NCBI GenBank assembly: GCA_977030845.1
Contig: OZ365110.1
Span: forward strand, 29,202,001 to 29,266,000
Origin: Fimbriosthenelais zetlandica
Lineage: Eukaryota
Reading direction: 5' to 3'
DNA length: 64,000 nt
Shown: positions 35,301-50,540 of the stretch, in pieces
How the letters are laid out: every line of letters begins with the position of its first letter
How positions within the stretch are numbered: the first letter of the stretch is position 1
Position numbers and translations under genes: made by a program
Notes under the pieces: generated by a model
Databases searched by the model: none
Seen by the model: only the letters and a program-made list of their open reading frames with translations
Told to the model about the DNA's origin: nothing

Positions 35301-38300
35301 AATCTAATATCACGGGAGAAGAGGAAGAGAGCAGCGGTCAGTCACATTGCTTTATATCACACTGAGTGGATATCCTAAATGATTGGAAGTGACAGTTTGA
35401 CTTGGTAGCACCAGCTCCAGTCTTTCCACTTAAGGTGTAGAGAGGAGGTGGGCTCAGGATGGGGCCGAAGGCAGTGCAGAGGCGATATATCGATACCTGG
35501 CTTTACTTTCTGCTGGTGGTTCTTACAAGTGGACATTTCCTAGCAGCTCTTACAACAGCAGCTATTCACAACACAGGTAAGTGATTTGCACCTTTGATAG
35601 AGAAAGACAGAAGAAGGAGATGCAGGACTGGAGCCAAAGAACAAGGGGGAGACTTGTTTGCTTGGCTTCAGCTTCTGAGACTTGACCTTGGAGGAGTTGG
35701 CTTATGTGATCATTTTGTCGTAGCAGGCAAAATGTGATCCAAGCACGTACTTCCATTAGTTGTCCTCATAGCTTATATGGTCATTGGTTATCAGTTACGT
35801 GTTTCATTTACTCATATCATTTCCTGTAACTTATATATCATGCCGTACCCCAACTAGCCGAGATTGTACCAGACTGAGTCGCTTTAACAACCATAACCTG
35901 ATCAGAGTGTCTATCATTTTTTTGTTGCCAAATTTAATACCATCTAAAGCTTCTTGAGTTCAAAAGCCCTACCAACAGATAACGTCATAATTTAACATTT
36001 TCCTCGCCCATGCATTTTCCGCCACTTTCAGTAGATTTGTATGCAAGGTCAATATATCTTTAAGGTCAAGTATAATATCTTTAATATTTGAATTCATTAT
36101 GTGTGCTCTAGACCTGTAATTCAATTAGGTCTTTTCGGCGAATGTCTGGCTATCACTTTCATAATGGGATATCCTCAATAATAACTGTCATGTGTGTTAG
36201 ACGCAGAAGATGGATTGAAATTTGTAATAGGATACAAACAATCTCCGGGAAATACAATAAATTGTTTTTCTCTCATATTCATGGTATATAATTTATGATT
36301 AAGAATTCGCTGAGTGAAACTACAGTAATTTGTTAAAATGTTAACGGTTTTTAGATCATTATAAAAAATAATAGGATACAAAGTTGGATAAAAACGTAGG
36401 ATACCATTATGTTAAAACATTTTGTTGGTTAAGAATGATGTGAAAATGCATTTAATTTCAAACTTCTGAAGGCTCTGGTAATTACAAGCATTTATCCGAG
36501 CCCACTGTGGACTGGCGATACTTTTAATGCTTGTTTAAGTCTACCCTGGCAACGTGATCTGCCAAAATTTTCTTTCAAAACAATTTTTTTCAAGTACCCT
36601 ACCTTTTTGGAAAGGGGACACAGAAAGAAATTCGAATAAAAAAAGAAACATGTTTTGCGGATGAATATTTTGAAGCAGGATTAATTCTAGATGCAGGATT
36701 TGGCTTTTTATTCCAATCCCATTACATGATCCTCTAACTGACATTTAGACATGGGGTTGATTGTAATCAGACATCACACTCCCACATAGACATGCATTCT
36801 CTTTTGTAATTTTTTTTACACACTTTGGTACCTGGTCCTGGAACAGAATTGATTGTTTTCGGTGAGAGTGCTGGGCCATGAGTATGAATAATGTACAAAT
36901 GAACTACTCAGACCAAGCATCAGAGAGCTGTTGAGTGAGGTATGTGCAGAAGGGTCTAGCACACTAAAGGTTGTACAAAGCCTGAAGAAATTCTATGCAT
37001 CTATGCACTGGTCTCATAGTCCTTTCCCAGAAATGGAACCAGAGGACCAATGAACAAAGCCAATACCATTTTTTTTAGATAGCATCCACCATTAAGATTC
37101 CAATTTTAACCAACCAACCTTGGCATGCCATTATACTTGAGAGATTAATTTCAGATAATGACCATTTACCGTTCTTGTCGTGTGACATTCTCGCTTATTC
37201 ATAGCGTCTTGACTTGTTTAGTAACAAAGCCAGCCGTACTAACTAACTCCACCAACTTTAATTTGAACTCGCCTTTACTGCCCGGCCGACCGGTAGAGGT
37301 GAGTGCAAATTAAATGCCAACGACAGACGTGAATCCAATGGCTTGGCAGGGGCAGGTGGGATTAAGGAAGTGATGAAGGGCACTTCCAGGGCAGATCCGT
37401 CCAAAACATGGCCTGCAAGAGCTTAAAGCATCCGTTAACTACACTGTCAACCTAAGGGGACCTTTGCACGGCCATTAACTGAATAATCACATTCCCTCCA
37501 CCCGCAGAGTATGTAATGGATTGATTAACTACAGTAAACCTAAAAGATCTTTTATATCCAGTCTCCCGGCAAATTCGATTCCAACATCTGCTCTGGCGAA
37601 ACACACAATGCAAAGTGCTTAGGAACAGGAAAATGTCATGTAGTTTTTAATGCCTTGCAATTTAAATGAAGGAAATAAGAGTGCAGTCCAAGGATAAGGG
37701 AGATCCATCGATCAAAGCTATGCACGCTTTAATTACGCAAATTTACTGTGCGAGAAGCCATTTTACCAATTCATAGGGTAAGGCTTGCGGATCCCGACAG
37801 TTTCTCAAAGTCACAACCAGTTTTTCGCAGGCTAACAAATAAAACAGACAGCGCCATTGGATGAAGTTGTAATGAAAATGCCTCATTTTTTGCTGAGGAA
37901 AGCCATCATTATTAAGTCATTAAAGAGGGGTATTCAAGTGAAAAATAGCTCAGCTTAAAATGTGTTCATTCCCAGTATGAATACTGATGAAAAAACATCC
38001 ATAGCCATATCGCGATTCATTTCAATTGTAATTACAATTAAGATCAGAATTCCATTCCTACAAGACGGTCGGTTGATTTGAAAAAAGGAAAAGGTGAAGC
38101 ACTGCATAATTGTCACGGCAAGTGGTTGTGCTTGACTTTTGATGATCAGGAAAGATGGTTTATTTAGAAAACCTGGTTAAAACTGCCTTCAGAGCTAATG
38201 ATGTTCTCGTGAGGTGGTAATGATGGCGCGCGGGAGAGGATCAAACGTTGAATGGTGAAGGATGCGAACCATCATACTGCCATTCAATAAAACCGTTCAT

Positions 38301-38399
38301 ATTGGACTCCGACTCCTCCTCCCGCCCTACCACTCTACTACCAGCCACTGACACTTTCTATCAGCACTTCAGTACATCAAACACACCTATGCTTTATTC

Positions 38400-39350
38400 A
38401 TGGCTGATCTTTATAATCTCTCACTGATTCTGGTGATAAACTGGGGGCTATTGCCCACATGAAAGGCTGGTGATATTCCGAGAGGTGCTCAGAGATGCAC
38501 CCCCATGTTTGTAAAGGGGAGCATCTCACTCTATTCCACTATTCTAGCCACGGATCCTCTCCAACATCTCAAACCAAGCTTTTGTCGTACATGGCAGGCA
38601 ACAGTGGCCAGCAATGAGCAAGATGAGATGTGACCTAAACACACCCCTCTAAAGATACGATGTGATGCGCTGGTTTATCTTACGCCTGCCATATATATAA
38701 CTGCCAGTCTGACGCTTACTGAATTCAGACAGGGTTCGACTGTCACTGTGGCGGCGAGGCCAAATGTAAGATGCCCAAGCGAAGACACGGCCTAAGAAAG
38801 TAGTGCCAACTGCATTGCCCTGAGGGGAAGGAGGACGATAAAGAGGTAAGCAATGTGACTATTCATTCCACGTGCTAGATGGGCCAATACTTTGCCTTGG
38901 TGCTCCTCTCTGAATCCCGTTTACCATAGAGTCCTTCTCCCTCAAGCACTATAAAACGTGCCACTGCTAAATGATTGCGTTTAACAAAGTGCGCCGAGAC
39001 TGAAAGGCCCCTGAACATGGGGACTTCTTTAATATCAAAATAGGCTACTGGAGTAAAACGGTGGCAAGGTCAGCCCCAAGGGGGCATTTTCCGTGGAGAG
39101 CGACATTTCTTGCAGTGCTGCCATTGGGTGTCGCTTCTATTCTGACCATAGTTTGACCCGGCATTTAATATTCTGTCTCGTATTCAGAAGCAGAACGCTG
39201 GTAGCCAGCAAGCAAGCTAGTTCGCCAGAAGGGCTGTCCTGTCATCCCATGACTTCTACTCCCATTTTAAAACCCAAACAAGATGAAGAAAACACAGGGC
39301 ATCAGCGCTTCCCATAGCAATGCCTTTAGCGCCATGAACTTGGGAGAGAC
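38400..39350 (+). mobile_element. Decayed CR1/L2-group LINE RT fragment
   Basis: ADLYNLSL...LPT*KA at 38403 (cf. LFN.SL..G.P..WK), PQGGI at 39074 and FYSDHSL at 39135 (cf. YADD), in order. Confidence 0.45.
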
Positions 39351-42049
39351 ATCGGCATGCAGCACCCCCCTGCAAAATGGGAGAAAGGTCTGCTCTTCTG
39401 GTAATGCCCTTAGGGTAGAAACAATGCACCATACTCATGAAAGTTTCCTGATGTGGTGAATAGTGGTCTCCATGCTTAGCACTCATAGATTATATGGGCA
39501 TAAAGCCTGGGAATTTATATCGAAGTTACGCTATATATATGCACTGAGGGCAATGCCCCTTCCATCAACACTGACTATTCGCGTATACCTATGTATCATT
39601 CGTAATTGATACAGGGCAACTTAGTCCTAGAACCTATAGCTTCTTTAACCCATATTCCTATCCATACCCGGGTGTATGTATAATATATCACGAGGGGAGC
39701 CGGAGAAATGTAGGGCCACATCCGTGAAGAGCAAAATTCCTTTGCTTTATTTATATCCCATAAAGACAAGCATGACAAGCAGTAATCATCTGGGTCCTTC
39801 CCAATGATGTAAAGTCAACTTATCTCTCTGATTATGCTTCCTCCAACCTGCCCTCTGGTGTGCCCGACATGCAAGACCACCGCCCACATGACCTTCGTCC
39901 AAAGATAAACCTAGCCTGCCTTACCACTGATATTGTGCCTCTGTGCCAGTTTGAACCCCAGACACTTTGTCAGCCTCCCCTTCCCAGTTCACTCCACGTT
40001 CAGCCGTTATCCGTATATTGAACAGGGGTGCTTCCCAAACCCCTGATTTGGGCTAAGCCATGGCAGTTTGTCTCATGGAAAACTAACCATTGTAGCCTGG
40101 ATAATGTCCAATCATATGTTTATCAAAAGTGTGGACAATTGGTAGCACCGCGATGTGTAACATCAAAGATTCCTCCTACATATATCAGTGTAGGAGGGTT
40201 ATTCATCACCAAAAGTGGTTCAACGCGTGCAGGCAACCTTGAATGTGGCCTGTTTTTCCTTTGAAGATGGCTGTCTTTGATTCCCATCAAGAATACTTTA
40301 TGACGGTATTGATAATTCATACTTAGAACAAGGATTCTTCTATTAATGTTATAAATAATAAATATGAAAAAGAAAGTGTACATATTTATCTCGGTACGAA
40401 TTATGATTATCGCTTCGCATCATATATATATTATATAGTCTTTTGAAGGGCGTAGAAACTGAATGTTGTTAAGTACGAGAACATGAGATGAGGTAATTAA
40501 ACATTTATTTAACTTTCACTATTGGGTATTATAACCTATTATATTCAGGTAATATGATTGCATAATAGTCCAGGATACATTTCACAACTCACTTTTGACC
40601 TATTGAATCAAATGGCTATCATGTTACTAGTTAAAACATGTTTTGTTCGCCAGTTTCGTAGTTTCATCCATTCCTGGACAGATATTAAATGATTATGATC
40701 GAAGAACCACGGTTCGGCAAAAGGAAATTTGGAAAAGAAAGCCTATCTCTCTTCAACTGTGAAAAAAGGTTTTGGTGCTGAAAGGTAATTTAATACCGGA
40801 GTTCATAATTTTGAGAAAACAAAATGGCATTTTAAAATACTTCAATTTAATTGAAAGGAAAATAGTTAGCAAAAGTGCTTCAGCTACCATCAGTCAGTGG
40901 TAGACCGTTAACTATGTCCAAAATGGAAACAAATGAACTAGGATGGTGATTTAAATCATGAAATGTGCCAAATGCTTTGTTTGATCTGATACAAATTGTG
41001 GAAATGTGAAATTCTTCTTTCTCAGGATCTAAGCTGATAGAAAGGACCCAATATTTAATAGTCCTCTTCCAATATCCCCAGTCTCCTAGATCATGGAATG
41101 TATTGTGGGTGTCAATAGGAATTCCCGAGGCGCTAGGTGGAATCAATAGAAGAGAAAACCATGAGTTCCTTCAGATAGGGATGAATCCCTGAAGAAGCTC
41201 TAGGCATGAAAAAGGTGTCAAAGTCCTGGGCTATTTTTTGTTTACAGTCATAATGAACAGTCATCATTTTCAAATCAACTGACGGAGGCAATGTTAGGCT
41301 GGAGCATTAAGTATTTTATTGCCATGTGTCAAAGGACGATGAGCTGTCATTTAATAAAAAAAAAATCATTTCCAGAAAATTGATTGAGATGAAGAGTGGA
41401 AAATAATGGCATTCATCAAATAGGGATGAATTCGAGGACTTTGAAAGGAAAGCTTTTCTCCATACTTTTCAGTCATTATACTTCCTAATGTCAAATTGTT
41501 CGGTTGAAAGTGAATAGATTGTAAATATCTTACTTTCGTAATGGCAGAATATCATTATCCAATGGGCGAAAAGCTTAAGGAAATCGTCATTGGATCTCTC
41601 CCCTTTTAGGCTTCCTGGCATTGTCCACAAACAGCAGGGGTCATATATATTCCGCAAACGAAAAGCCCGCTGCTTGCAAATGCCTCTCTATTATGACAGA
41701 GAGCACCAATAAAGGAAGACCTGCACCACTGTCGCCAGTGTTAATGAGACGAAAGGGCAACTACGTGCTTGTTTAAAAAGAGGAATCTCCTGTCAGATAA
41801 AGACTCAATTGACTCTGTCTCAATTGATCACAATTATAGCTCCCCTCTACCATGTGCCTTTAACCTGGTATTTTCCTCACTTGGAAATTGGTCTTGTTGG
41901 AGTGATTTTCTCATGGTCATCACCAAAACTTGGCTGACTCCTTGAGAGTCCACCTCTAAAACTAGCTGTCATACACCACCCCCATCCATCCTCCATCCAG
42001 GTTGCAGGTCATTCATACATTGAAGGGTGGCTCCTATCAATAAGGGCGC

Positions 42050-42580
42050 ATAGAAAAGGGATTATAGCAGCCAACTTGGGTTAGACCATAGCTGGCAAGG
42101 AAGGCCTCGCCAAGGCCTATTGGCCACGGCATGTGACAATAACAAGAGGAGCGCAATGTCGCCGGCAGTGGCAGCTTCTTCGATGATGGCATCGGCACCG
42201 GCTTCCCATCGGGGGGTCTTCGCGACACCGGGGTTTGTAGGTCCCCATTGCGACCACAATGATCCATCATTCTGGGCGACCGAGGCAGTGCCACCACCAT
42301 AGAACCTTGACCAACAAGCTGATCCCATTCCATCATCTATGGTCCCCTAAGCTTGACCTGAACTAGCTTTAGATTACTGCTCTGACTGGCTGAAGTTAGG
42401 GCCAGCTGGACTCTACCAGCCTTAATGACTTGCCCTCATTATCCTGCTTTTTTGCGATGTATCCTCACAATGGAAAGCAGCTGGGACTTTGGAGTAGGGT
42501 GGATGAGAAGGGGGAGGCAGACATGGCCACCGACACAGCCAGTCTTTTTGAGTGGGTCGTAATTGATGGTTATGGATTCC
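42050..42580 (-). mobile_element. Decayed L2/CR1-group LINE endonuclease fragment
   Basis: KKTGCVGG (cf. RKRGCRGG), VESSW (cf. TESW), GGGTA (cf. GGGVA), SLW and AGDI (cf. AGDF), in order. Confidence 0.45.
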
Positions 42581-45500
42581 AAGATGATGCTTAACCCATC
42601 CGCAGTGGGAGAAACAAGCACTATCCCCACCTGGCCTTTCCAACTGTCGGCAATGTGTCGATCTTTTAGACCTAATGGACTATTCTCACACCATTTTTGA
42701 CTTACCGACACACTGACCCCAGACCGGGGTACAAAGGTTAAGGTTGATCTATGTTTATCCCTCTGCATGATGACAGCAGAATCTAGAAAGCCTTTCTTCA
42801 TCCTCAACAAGGAGTTGACAGGGCCAGGGAGATTATACACTGGATAGCTTATACTCATAGAGGAGAAAGAGCAGGCCCTGACATATTATATGAAAGTGTT
42901 ATATAGTATGGATCAGACAGCAACGACTGATAGATATATCTCGGATATATATGTTTGGAAAAGAAGCATACCTCCCAAGGACAAGATCGATCCAAATACA
43001 AAACACGTTATGGAACTGAGTAATGGACTGGAACATGGAAGGGAACATGGTATGAACGATGAATTGTTAGAAACAAAGTTCGTTGCCCTTTTATGAAGTA
43101 ATGAGATGCTATCTCTGGTTAGGGCCGGACCTAATATTTCATATTATACGAAGCCCTGAAGCTGCAACATTATAGGTCATTATCTCCTAAATCTAACTGA
43201 AGTCCTATATAGTAACCACGATTAATGAGTTTAAAGAAAGGACTGGAGGAGATACAGGAAACTTCGTGTTACATGATCCCGATGTTTATTAGATGCTCAC
43301 GTTTGCGTATTCAAACACAGGAAGGGTAACTACCCGGCCTTATCTTATGATGTAAAATCAAAGCATGTCTCATCTTCCACCGACAAAATGTAGATCAATG
43401 GAGTTAGATCCATTAATATTGTATGAGGGGATACTTCCCCTTCCTGTATGATATGATGGAACATGTATCCTTCAAAAAGGTCAGAAGGTACAAGGATTTC
43501 ATCTTCCATCCATCCATAGAGGCCTTTACTGGGAGAAATGTATAAGGCAAAGTTTCAGATAGATTTAGCAATGGGACAGAATTCCTGAATTTCAGATTCG
43601 ACAAATTAAATGCAGCTGCAGCATTGTATGCATTATTTCATAGAAATATATTTATGAACACTGCATGGGAATGAAATTATCGGAACATAGGGTTACCAGT
43701 TCCAAAAGCAGTAGGACAGATGCTAGCATTGTGCACAAAATCTTCATAGACCAAATTCAAAATGGATTCATTTATTTCCCCCAAGATAATAATATCTGAC
43801 TAAAGCAGATGTCTTAGAAAATTGCCTTGGATCTTTTTGGCCCTTGGACCCAGTACATTCTCGCCAGTTTCATTACTGCTTTTAGGATTGGATTTCGTCC
43901 TGATTATGATGAATGAAAGCCTCCTGGTCCCGGGAATGGCAAAGGCGTTTGGGGGATTCTTTCACAACGTGTTGAATTGATAAATATTTGATTTGTCAAT
44001 AAATGTAACAGTGATCCTAGTCTGGAATTACTCCAGACCAGTGGCCCCCCAAAGCCAGAACTCAAAATGCAAGGGGATCCTCAGTGGTGGAGCATGTTTA
44101 AAGCCTAAGATTAACCCCATTATCTCTCACCATTGAAATATTTGCTTTAATTTATACCTGGTACAGAGAGACACAGGTGCAGTGGATATGAATATGTCAC
44201 ATGAATATGACCCTTTTCTCTAATGACGCAGAAACTAAAATAAGAAACCTAAGCTATATATATGTTCTACCTTTCTCTAAGTATTTACTCCAATATTACT
44301 TCCAGTTCCAAAAACAATATAACGAATGAAGAAGCTCTATAAAAAGTGCGACTAAATTCAATACTAGACCTACTACATCAGTCCTTTATGGGCCACCAAA
44401 GGCTCTATTTATTTGCCATGTTTAGAACTTGATTGATACTGGCTAACGGGAGGGGATGAATTGTTTCCAACTGCACTTCAAAGTCCCTATTAGAATATCA
44501 AAGGGCTGGGGTATATCTTTCCTCGACATGAAGCCAGAAAGATGAAAGGGCCTCCCTCTTTAACAAAGCTTTTAAAACCTATAAGATACCTAAAAGACAA
44601 TTATGGCCAGTTTAACATAGTGGCGAATAGACCAAAATTGGCTGCTACAGAAACCCCAAATAATAATATAAAACGGATAGTCTATCAAATGAGGTCATAT
44701 ATATCAATAACAGCGTGAATAATATTCATTTTAGTGAAATGTCCTCATATGACTATCAACTCATTATCTCATCTGAGTGAGCTCCATTCTAGAAGCCCCG
44801 AGTATCTTTAATTCATTTATAGCTTGATTGAATCATTTTCTCTATTATATTTTCATAACCTATCAGTGACGATCTACTCTGCAGAAGACATAATGCAGAG
44901 GCTGCTGATAAGTCAACAGAGGGGCGTTGAATTGTAGCCTGGGATATTATTTACTAGCCATAATTTAAAGGTGCAATGAAATGTAGCAGGTGGAATGACA
45001 TACATGTAGTAAATTTTCTATGTACGGCCATTTTTTTCTTGTTCCTCAACTGGGAGAGAGAGCTATAATCAAAGATTTATTTGTCGTATATAATATGAGA
45101 TAAGGCATTGAGGGGTCTACCTACTAGATTAAAGCAAAAGAGTATGTAATTTATTGGTATATAATGTCAGAGACCTTATACTAAATATATTCTCTGATAA
45201 TGTACATGGGACTATAATACATCAGTCGAGGGAGCCGTTTCTTAAAGAGGTCTCAGAGATAAAGTTTTCACCTTTGTTCATCAAAGATGCCATGCGAACT
45301 GCTTTGCTTTCTCTCTGGTATATCCTATCAATGGTTACATCGTATTAATCAAAGCCGTAAACAATTTGTCTCCAAGGATGATCTTGTCTTTGAAGACTGA
45401 TCTGAAGCATTTTGATTTAATCGTAAAAGACATGAATCTCATCAAAGATGTATCAGAACCCATCTTTACTTTCTTACAAAGGAGGGCTCTCGACTAAAAA

Positions 45501-48079
45501 AGGTACAGCTAGGGAAAATATGTCCTCAATTATAAGCATTTCCCTAATCTAATACGAGGAAATTTCATTATGTCATTCTGGAGGCACAGCCAACTGGTCC
45601 TATACTCCATCATCTGTCTAGTTTGTGACCTGATACTTTTATACTTAAGCCTAATGTCAGGCTGAACTAGAAGAGAGACACGCGTTTTCCCCTAAATTGA
45701 GTGATCATTCCCTTACTACTTCTATACCACTGAGTGCTAAGGTTGCACAGCTGCAAAATCCTGCACTTAAAAGTGACTAAAAAGGGAATGACTCCTTCAA
45801 TCATTTCTTTTTCCACTGCGCTCCAGGGCATGAAATATGACATCATGAAAATTAACATTTTCTTTCCTTCCTTACATCTGCAACCCTTCTCGGGTAACGT
45901 ACCATGGAGTTATTTTTTATTTTTTTTAAATTATTTTTAACCGTTTGTTCAGGGCGTGTCTGGGGACAATGTGACAGAGAGGTTGAGGCTCAATACGTTT
46001 AGAAAAAAACATATGTTAATGAATGTCATTCACATCTCATCACAAGACACTCACGCAATTCCTTTTTTAATTCACCATAAAGATTCCATTTAAATCCTCA
46101 TCCATTCAACGCCCAGAATAATTTCAATTTTGGACCGGGAGCCTTTTTAAACGGAAATATATCTGTATAAATAATTCCATTATTTAAATCAGTCATGATT
46201 CATCCAGAGTCGTGATTTACAAATGAAATGTTTTAGCTCTGCAACTTTTGTAAACTCAAAGCTGTAGTCATCATATAAACACAATTGCCTACAAACCAGG
46301 AGCAGCAGATGGAACACCAAAAATAACTGAACCATCAGAGCTCGTATTTTAGAACTTACTGCATTTTAAGGTGGGATTTTATCAGAGAGAGAAGCAGGCC
46401 CCAGCTGCCTTTGACTCGGTGATTTCAAGCAACATGCACCCGGTGTTCCTGTCTGATGTACATATAAAGGTTTTTTCAGACAAGATCTTTTTCTCTTTTA
46501 CGCTGACATGCTATTGGGAAGAGAGACACTTTTCCTACTACCATAAAACCAACAATGTTTGCACCAGGAATGATAAGTCATGGTTCGCACCAGTTGGTTT
46601 GTTGATTTAGATAATTGCCCCCAGTCTTCTGGGGGAAACTCTCAAACTATGCATTATTTAGACCCGCGGCTCGCATTTCTTTGCTCCCATTTTCTACTTG
46701 TTTGCACTCGCCATACTAGCCTCCTTTTCTATTACAATACCACAGTCCCATTCCTTATTAAATCTCCATGGCAATGAAACAATTGGGATTTGATTTTTTC
46801 CCACTATCTCAATTCATTATTGTTTGATTTCTTCCGATATTGCAATTGCTAAGCATCAGAGCATATGGATTATGCTTTCATTTTCTACTAAGTGATCCGG
46901 GTTTATGCATGGGTAGTTCAGGCAATAGGGGAGGAACCAAATGGATTGTGATCATTGGATAAAGAAAGTCCATCCTCCTGGCAAGCCTAGGCTTAGCTCC
47001 ATACATCCATACATAGACGCTTTCACATTATCGTGTCTATTGGATTTGTCCCATCTTCCATCTGTCAATGTATGAGAGAAAAATATACACCCAGCCAGCC
47101 ATTTATATGTAAATCGCGAAGAAAAACTCGCAAGGACAGTGTTTAACTGATTGCTAACATGATTAAAGTCAACATGTAAAGTCCATATTGATCTATGTAG
47201 GAACCATATGCATATATGGTTAAATCGAGGGATTAGGAGATACTGTTGCTATAGAGAGTGAAATCGCAGCTGTTGCAGTAACTTGATGATCGGACTGGGT
47301 TTGAAGAAAAATAATGAACTAACAAGACTGAACATAAGAAAGCAAAAAATGAGAACAAAACATCAGCTTCTTAGCAGCTCCGATTATATGCAATAATTCT
47401 ATAATTTACCTTCTTTAAATCGAAGGTTACTTGATATATTGTATATATACATGGGCACATACTCTATAATTGTGTCAAGTTGGGCTTCAATGAGAAAGGA
47501 CTCGACTGAGTAAACATTATTTGGTTCATTATGGAATTAACCCATTTAAATTTTAACAAAAAGAGCATTCCTCTGACATCCTAACAGACCAAAGATGGCA
47601 GAAAGTAACATGCTATAGTCGGTGAATCCAGGAACTACATTTGTGACGTGTTACAGAGGAGACAATGAATAGTTTATGAAGAACATCATAAGAACCATCA
47701 TATCTAACATCAAGGACTCATTTAGAGGGAACATTATAAGAAACATCAGAGGAATCGGGACCTTCCCCCTCTTTAAGCCGGCTATATCTTATCCATAGCA
47801 CTATAAATATAGTCTGATGACTGCCTCCTGGCCCATCATTTTACTATTAACAGCATTAGTAGCATTTAGAGATCAAATCGGAAATATGCCCATCCCTGGA
47901 GGGATCGACATACAATCAAGTACCGATGACTCAAAGCATGCCATTTCCTTAAAGAAGTCCCCTTGGTGTTCAGAGACATAATATCCGCCACTACACTGTA
48001 ATCAGCCGCGTGTTTTGCCTCATAATAAGCCACGATGCCAATACAGCTTTATGATTTCCTTCATTATGTAATGCTTATA

Positions 48080-50540
48080 CGGCCAGTAATTTATGTTGGC
48101 TGGGTAGGCCTACCTCTCGGCAGGGTTCCCATGTTTCACAGAGCAAATCGGTATGAAGCAAAAGGTGGCGCGGCAAATTGAACGACCTTTGCTTTGTTGG
48201 AGTTGCCTTTGATGGCTTAGCCGGGGGAGACTGAGGAGCCCAGGTGGAAGGATTCTCCGTCTGAATCAACAACAATGTACCAGAGATGGTATAATAAATT
48301 GGAGATGTGACTGCGGGGCTGAGACTGCAGAATCCCACCCACTCTCAGTACTTATCTCTTGTCTCATCTATGTATCAGAAATATGGTCAAGAACCGACTG
48401 AAAATATGAGATAGTATCTCAGAGATTTTCCTTATACGTTTTTCTGCTATATTAGAATAGAAGTAAATCCAATAACTAGCACTTTCTAGTGTTATAGTCA
48501 CTACATCCACATGCAAGTCCCGAAAAGTAAATATCATTGCATTGCACTAGAAAATATATGTACTGGTGGTTCACCGATACGGCAATTCTCCCTCCGAGTC
48601 CTCTCATCATTGGTTAACTAGCAAACACAGCAATGGCTGCGTAATATGATTATTCATTCCAAGCTGTTTGGTTCCCTCGACAATAGTTCATTAGGTCTCA
48701 GGTGGTGGACTTTTTCACCTCCCTTTCCTCTGTCGCAGTGAATTACAATGGGTTTTAGAAATACAGAGTACGCTATACTAGTAAACAATCTCACTGCGAG
48801 TATCAGATGTTCTCATTGATTGCCTGGGTCCAGTCTTTGTTGGAATGGCCCTGTATTTACGCATGTTATGAAAGTTGATGACGAGCATTGAACTGGTGGG
48901 TGGTGGGAGGTACTCCGGCACTATAGAGCAGCAGGTCCAGTGAGGAAGCACCCTTACAGATAGAGCTCTTACCTCCCCACGCTGACGGCATGGTGGAAAT
49001 ACTTCCACTGAATCGACCGATAATCATTGTCATCATGCCTGTGGTGGGTACAAATTATGTCCAGACAAAATGATGGTAATTGGGCAATTGGCGGAGGCAG
49101 AGCGAGCAGCTCGCTGAACTAGATGTACAGCTGGGGTCGAGTAGTGGTCAGTAGATATTCACTGGCCACCAATTATCTGTTGGTTCTTCCAAGCTCTGGG
49201 ACTGGAAGCCAAGCCTGATGTGAATCTGACCGATGCTGGAGGAGGGGCAGGAAGAGGTGGAGGAGGATAAGAAGGCCACATGAAAAACTGATGGCTCCTA
49301 GACATAAGACCTTGGCAAACAGGCAGGCTGTGAAGTGTCCAACACCTCGTAAATAGGCAACAGTAGGTTATGGGCTGACAAATGTTAGAGTAAAGCACTA
49401 CCGTTCCTCCTCCCCGGCCCCCACTGAAGACAGGCGTCTAACGATGAATCAATGAGCGCCGCAGCGAGCGAAATGATCCCGAATGATTATTTGCTGCTCT
49501 ACTTTGCACACATGAAGGTAGGATGGATCAGATTCTGGGAGGGTATAATTGAATAAGGCTATTGGATCGGGGTACCACCCAGGTCATGATCAACTTGTGT
49601 ACAGGCGGTTGCCACATTTCCACCATCCTTCTTCCAATGTGGACAGATAGGCATGCTGGGCACCAACCGCGCCTTAAATAAACCTTAAATGTGCCATCCG
49701 AGATGCCATCCGAGCTGAAAAAGTCCCGCTTCTAAATCAAGGCAGGCTTCCTTTTCAGTGCTGTTAATGATGCTTTGGGCCGGTAGGGGGTTATTGTCTC
49801 CTGCCGTCCTTGTCGCGCGGGGCTGGCTGGTTACCACGCTGGAGGAAGCAGTTAACAAGGTGGAGGCGCCATGTCTCCAGACCCGTCTCCCTTCACCCAA
49901 TCCCACCAGGGCTTTTCCATTAAGGAAACACTGATCGCCAGCCTTTGTATTTCCTATGGGTCTCAATGATAGGCACCAGAGCTTACTGCCCACACCTACC
50001 CAACGCACATAAATCGCATATGGTCGGTCAAGCATAAGTCCCTGGAGCAACATAAAGCTGGACCCCCGCATCTCATCGACCCATAACAATGGGCATTTTA
50101 AACCGGCACCGTGGGAGAACAGCCACATCAGTTATGTCCAAGGCAAACTGGGAGGTCAGGAAGGCTGGAGGCTTCCGTATGTTATCACACATCTGCAATC
50201 CCTCCCTCTAACAATGCACCTCTAGTAGTGTCACAAACTGGCAGTTAAATTGTCTACACCCAAATCCTAACAAAATCCATTGAGGGACCTTGTCAGAGGA
50301 CTTGATGGAAGTGTTTTTTTTAGTTCCACTGGACTAGACTCAATGCTGTAAAGAAATTCCCATTGCTGGCGTTTGTATTCAATACATGGGGCTGCGAGCC
50401 CCGGCTATTGACGTCATTTCCGATCATCTGAGGGCCATGTCAGGTGGTGGGCGATACATGAGATTACCGGGGTATACAAAGGTAATCGGATAATGGTCCA
50501 ATGACCCAGCGGCACAACCCTTGATCAATTCTGCCAATAG
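48080..50540 (-). mobile_element. Decayed Rex1/Babar-like LINE: leader, endonuclease, linker and start of RT
   Basis: KGCAAG (~50500), WVDE...QGLMLDR..AIYV, KLWCLSLRP (cf. ELLA.SLRP), TAGDNN (cf. GDFN), GCFLT, VINFHN...IPTKT (cf. YINFC...IPTKT) and NPSTW (~48250), all on one strand in order. An AT-rich stretch at about 48350-48800 interrupts it. Confidence 0.62.

Noticed and set aside
39300-39480. R2-like RT motif (CRGVLHADVSP) on the minus strand
   Set aside because: It is an isolated match, and the plus strand carries ordered PQG and YADD-like motifs.
49900-50130. Tyrosine-recombinase fragment (CPL...SLRPIG)
   Set aside because: There is no HSFR or catalytic Tyr motif, and flanking motifs place it in a LINE endonuclease.
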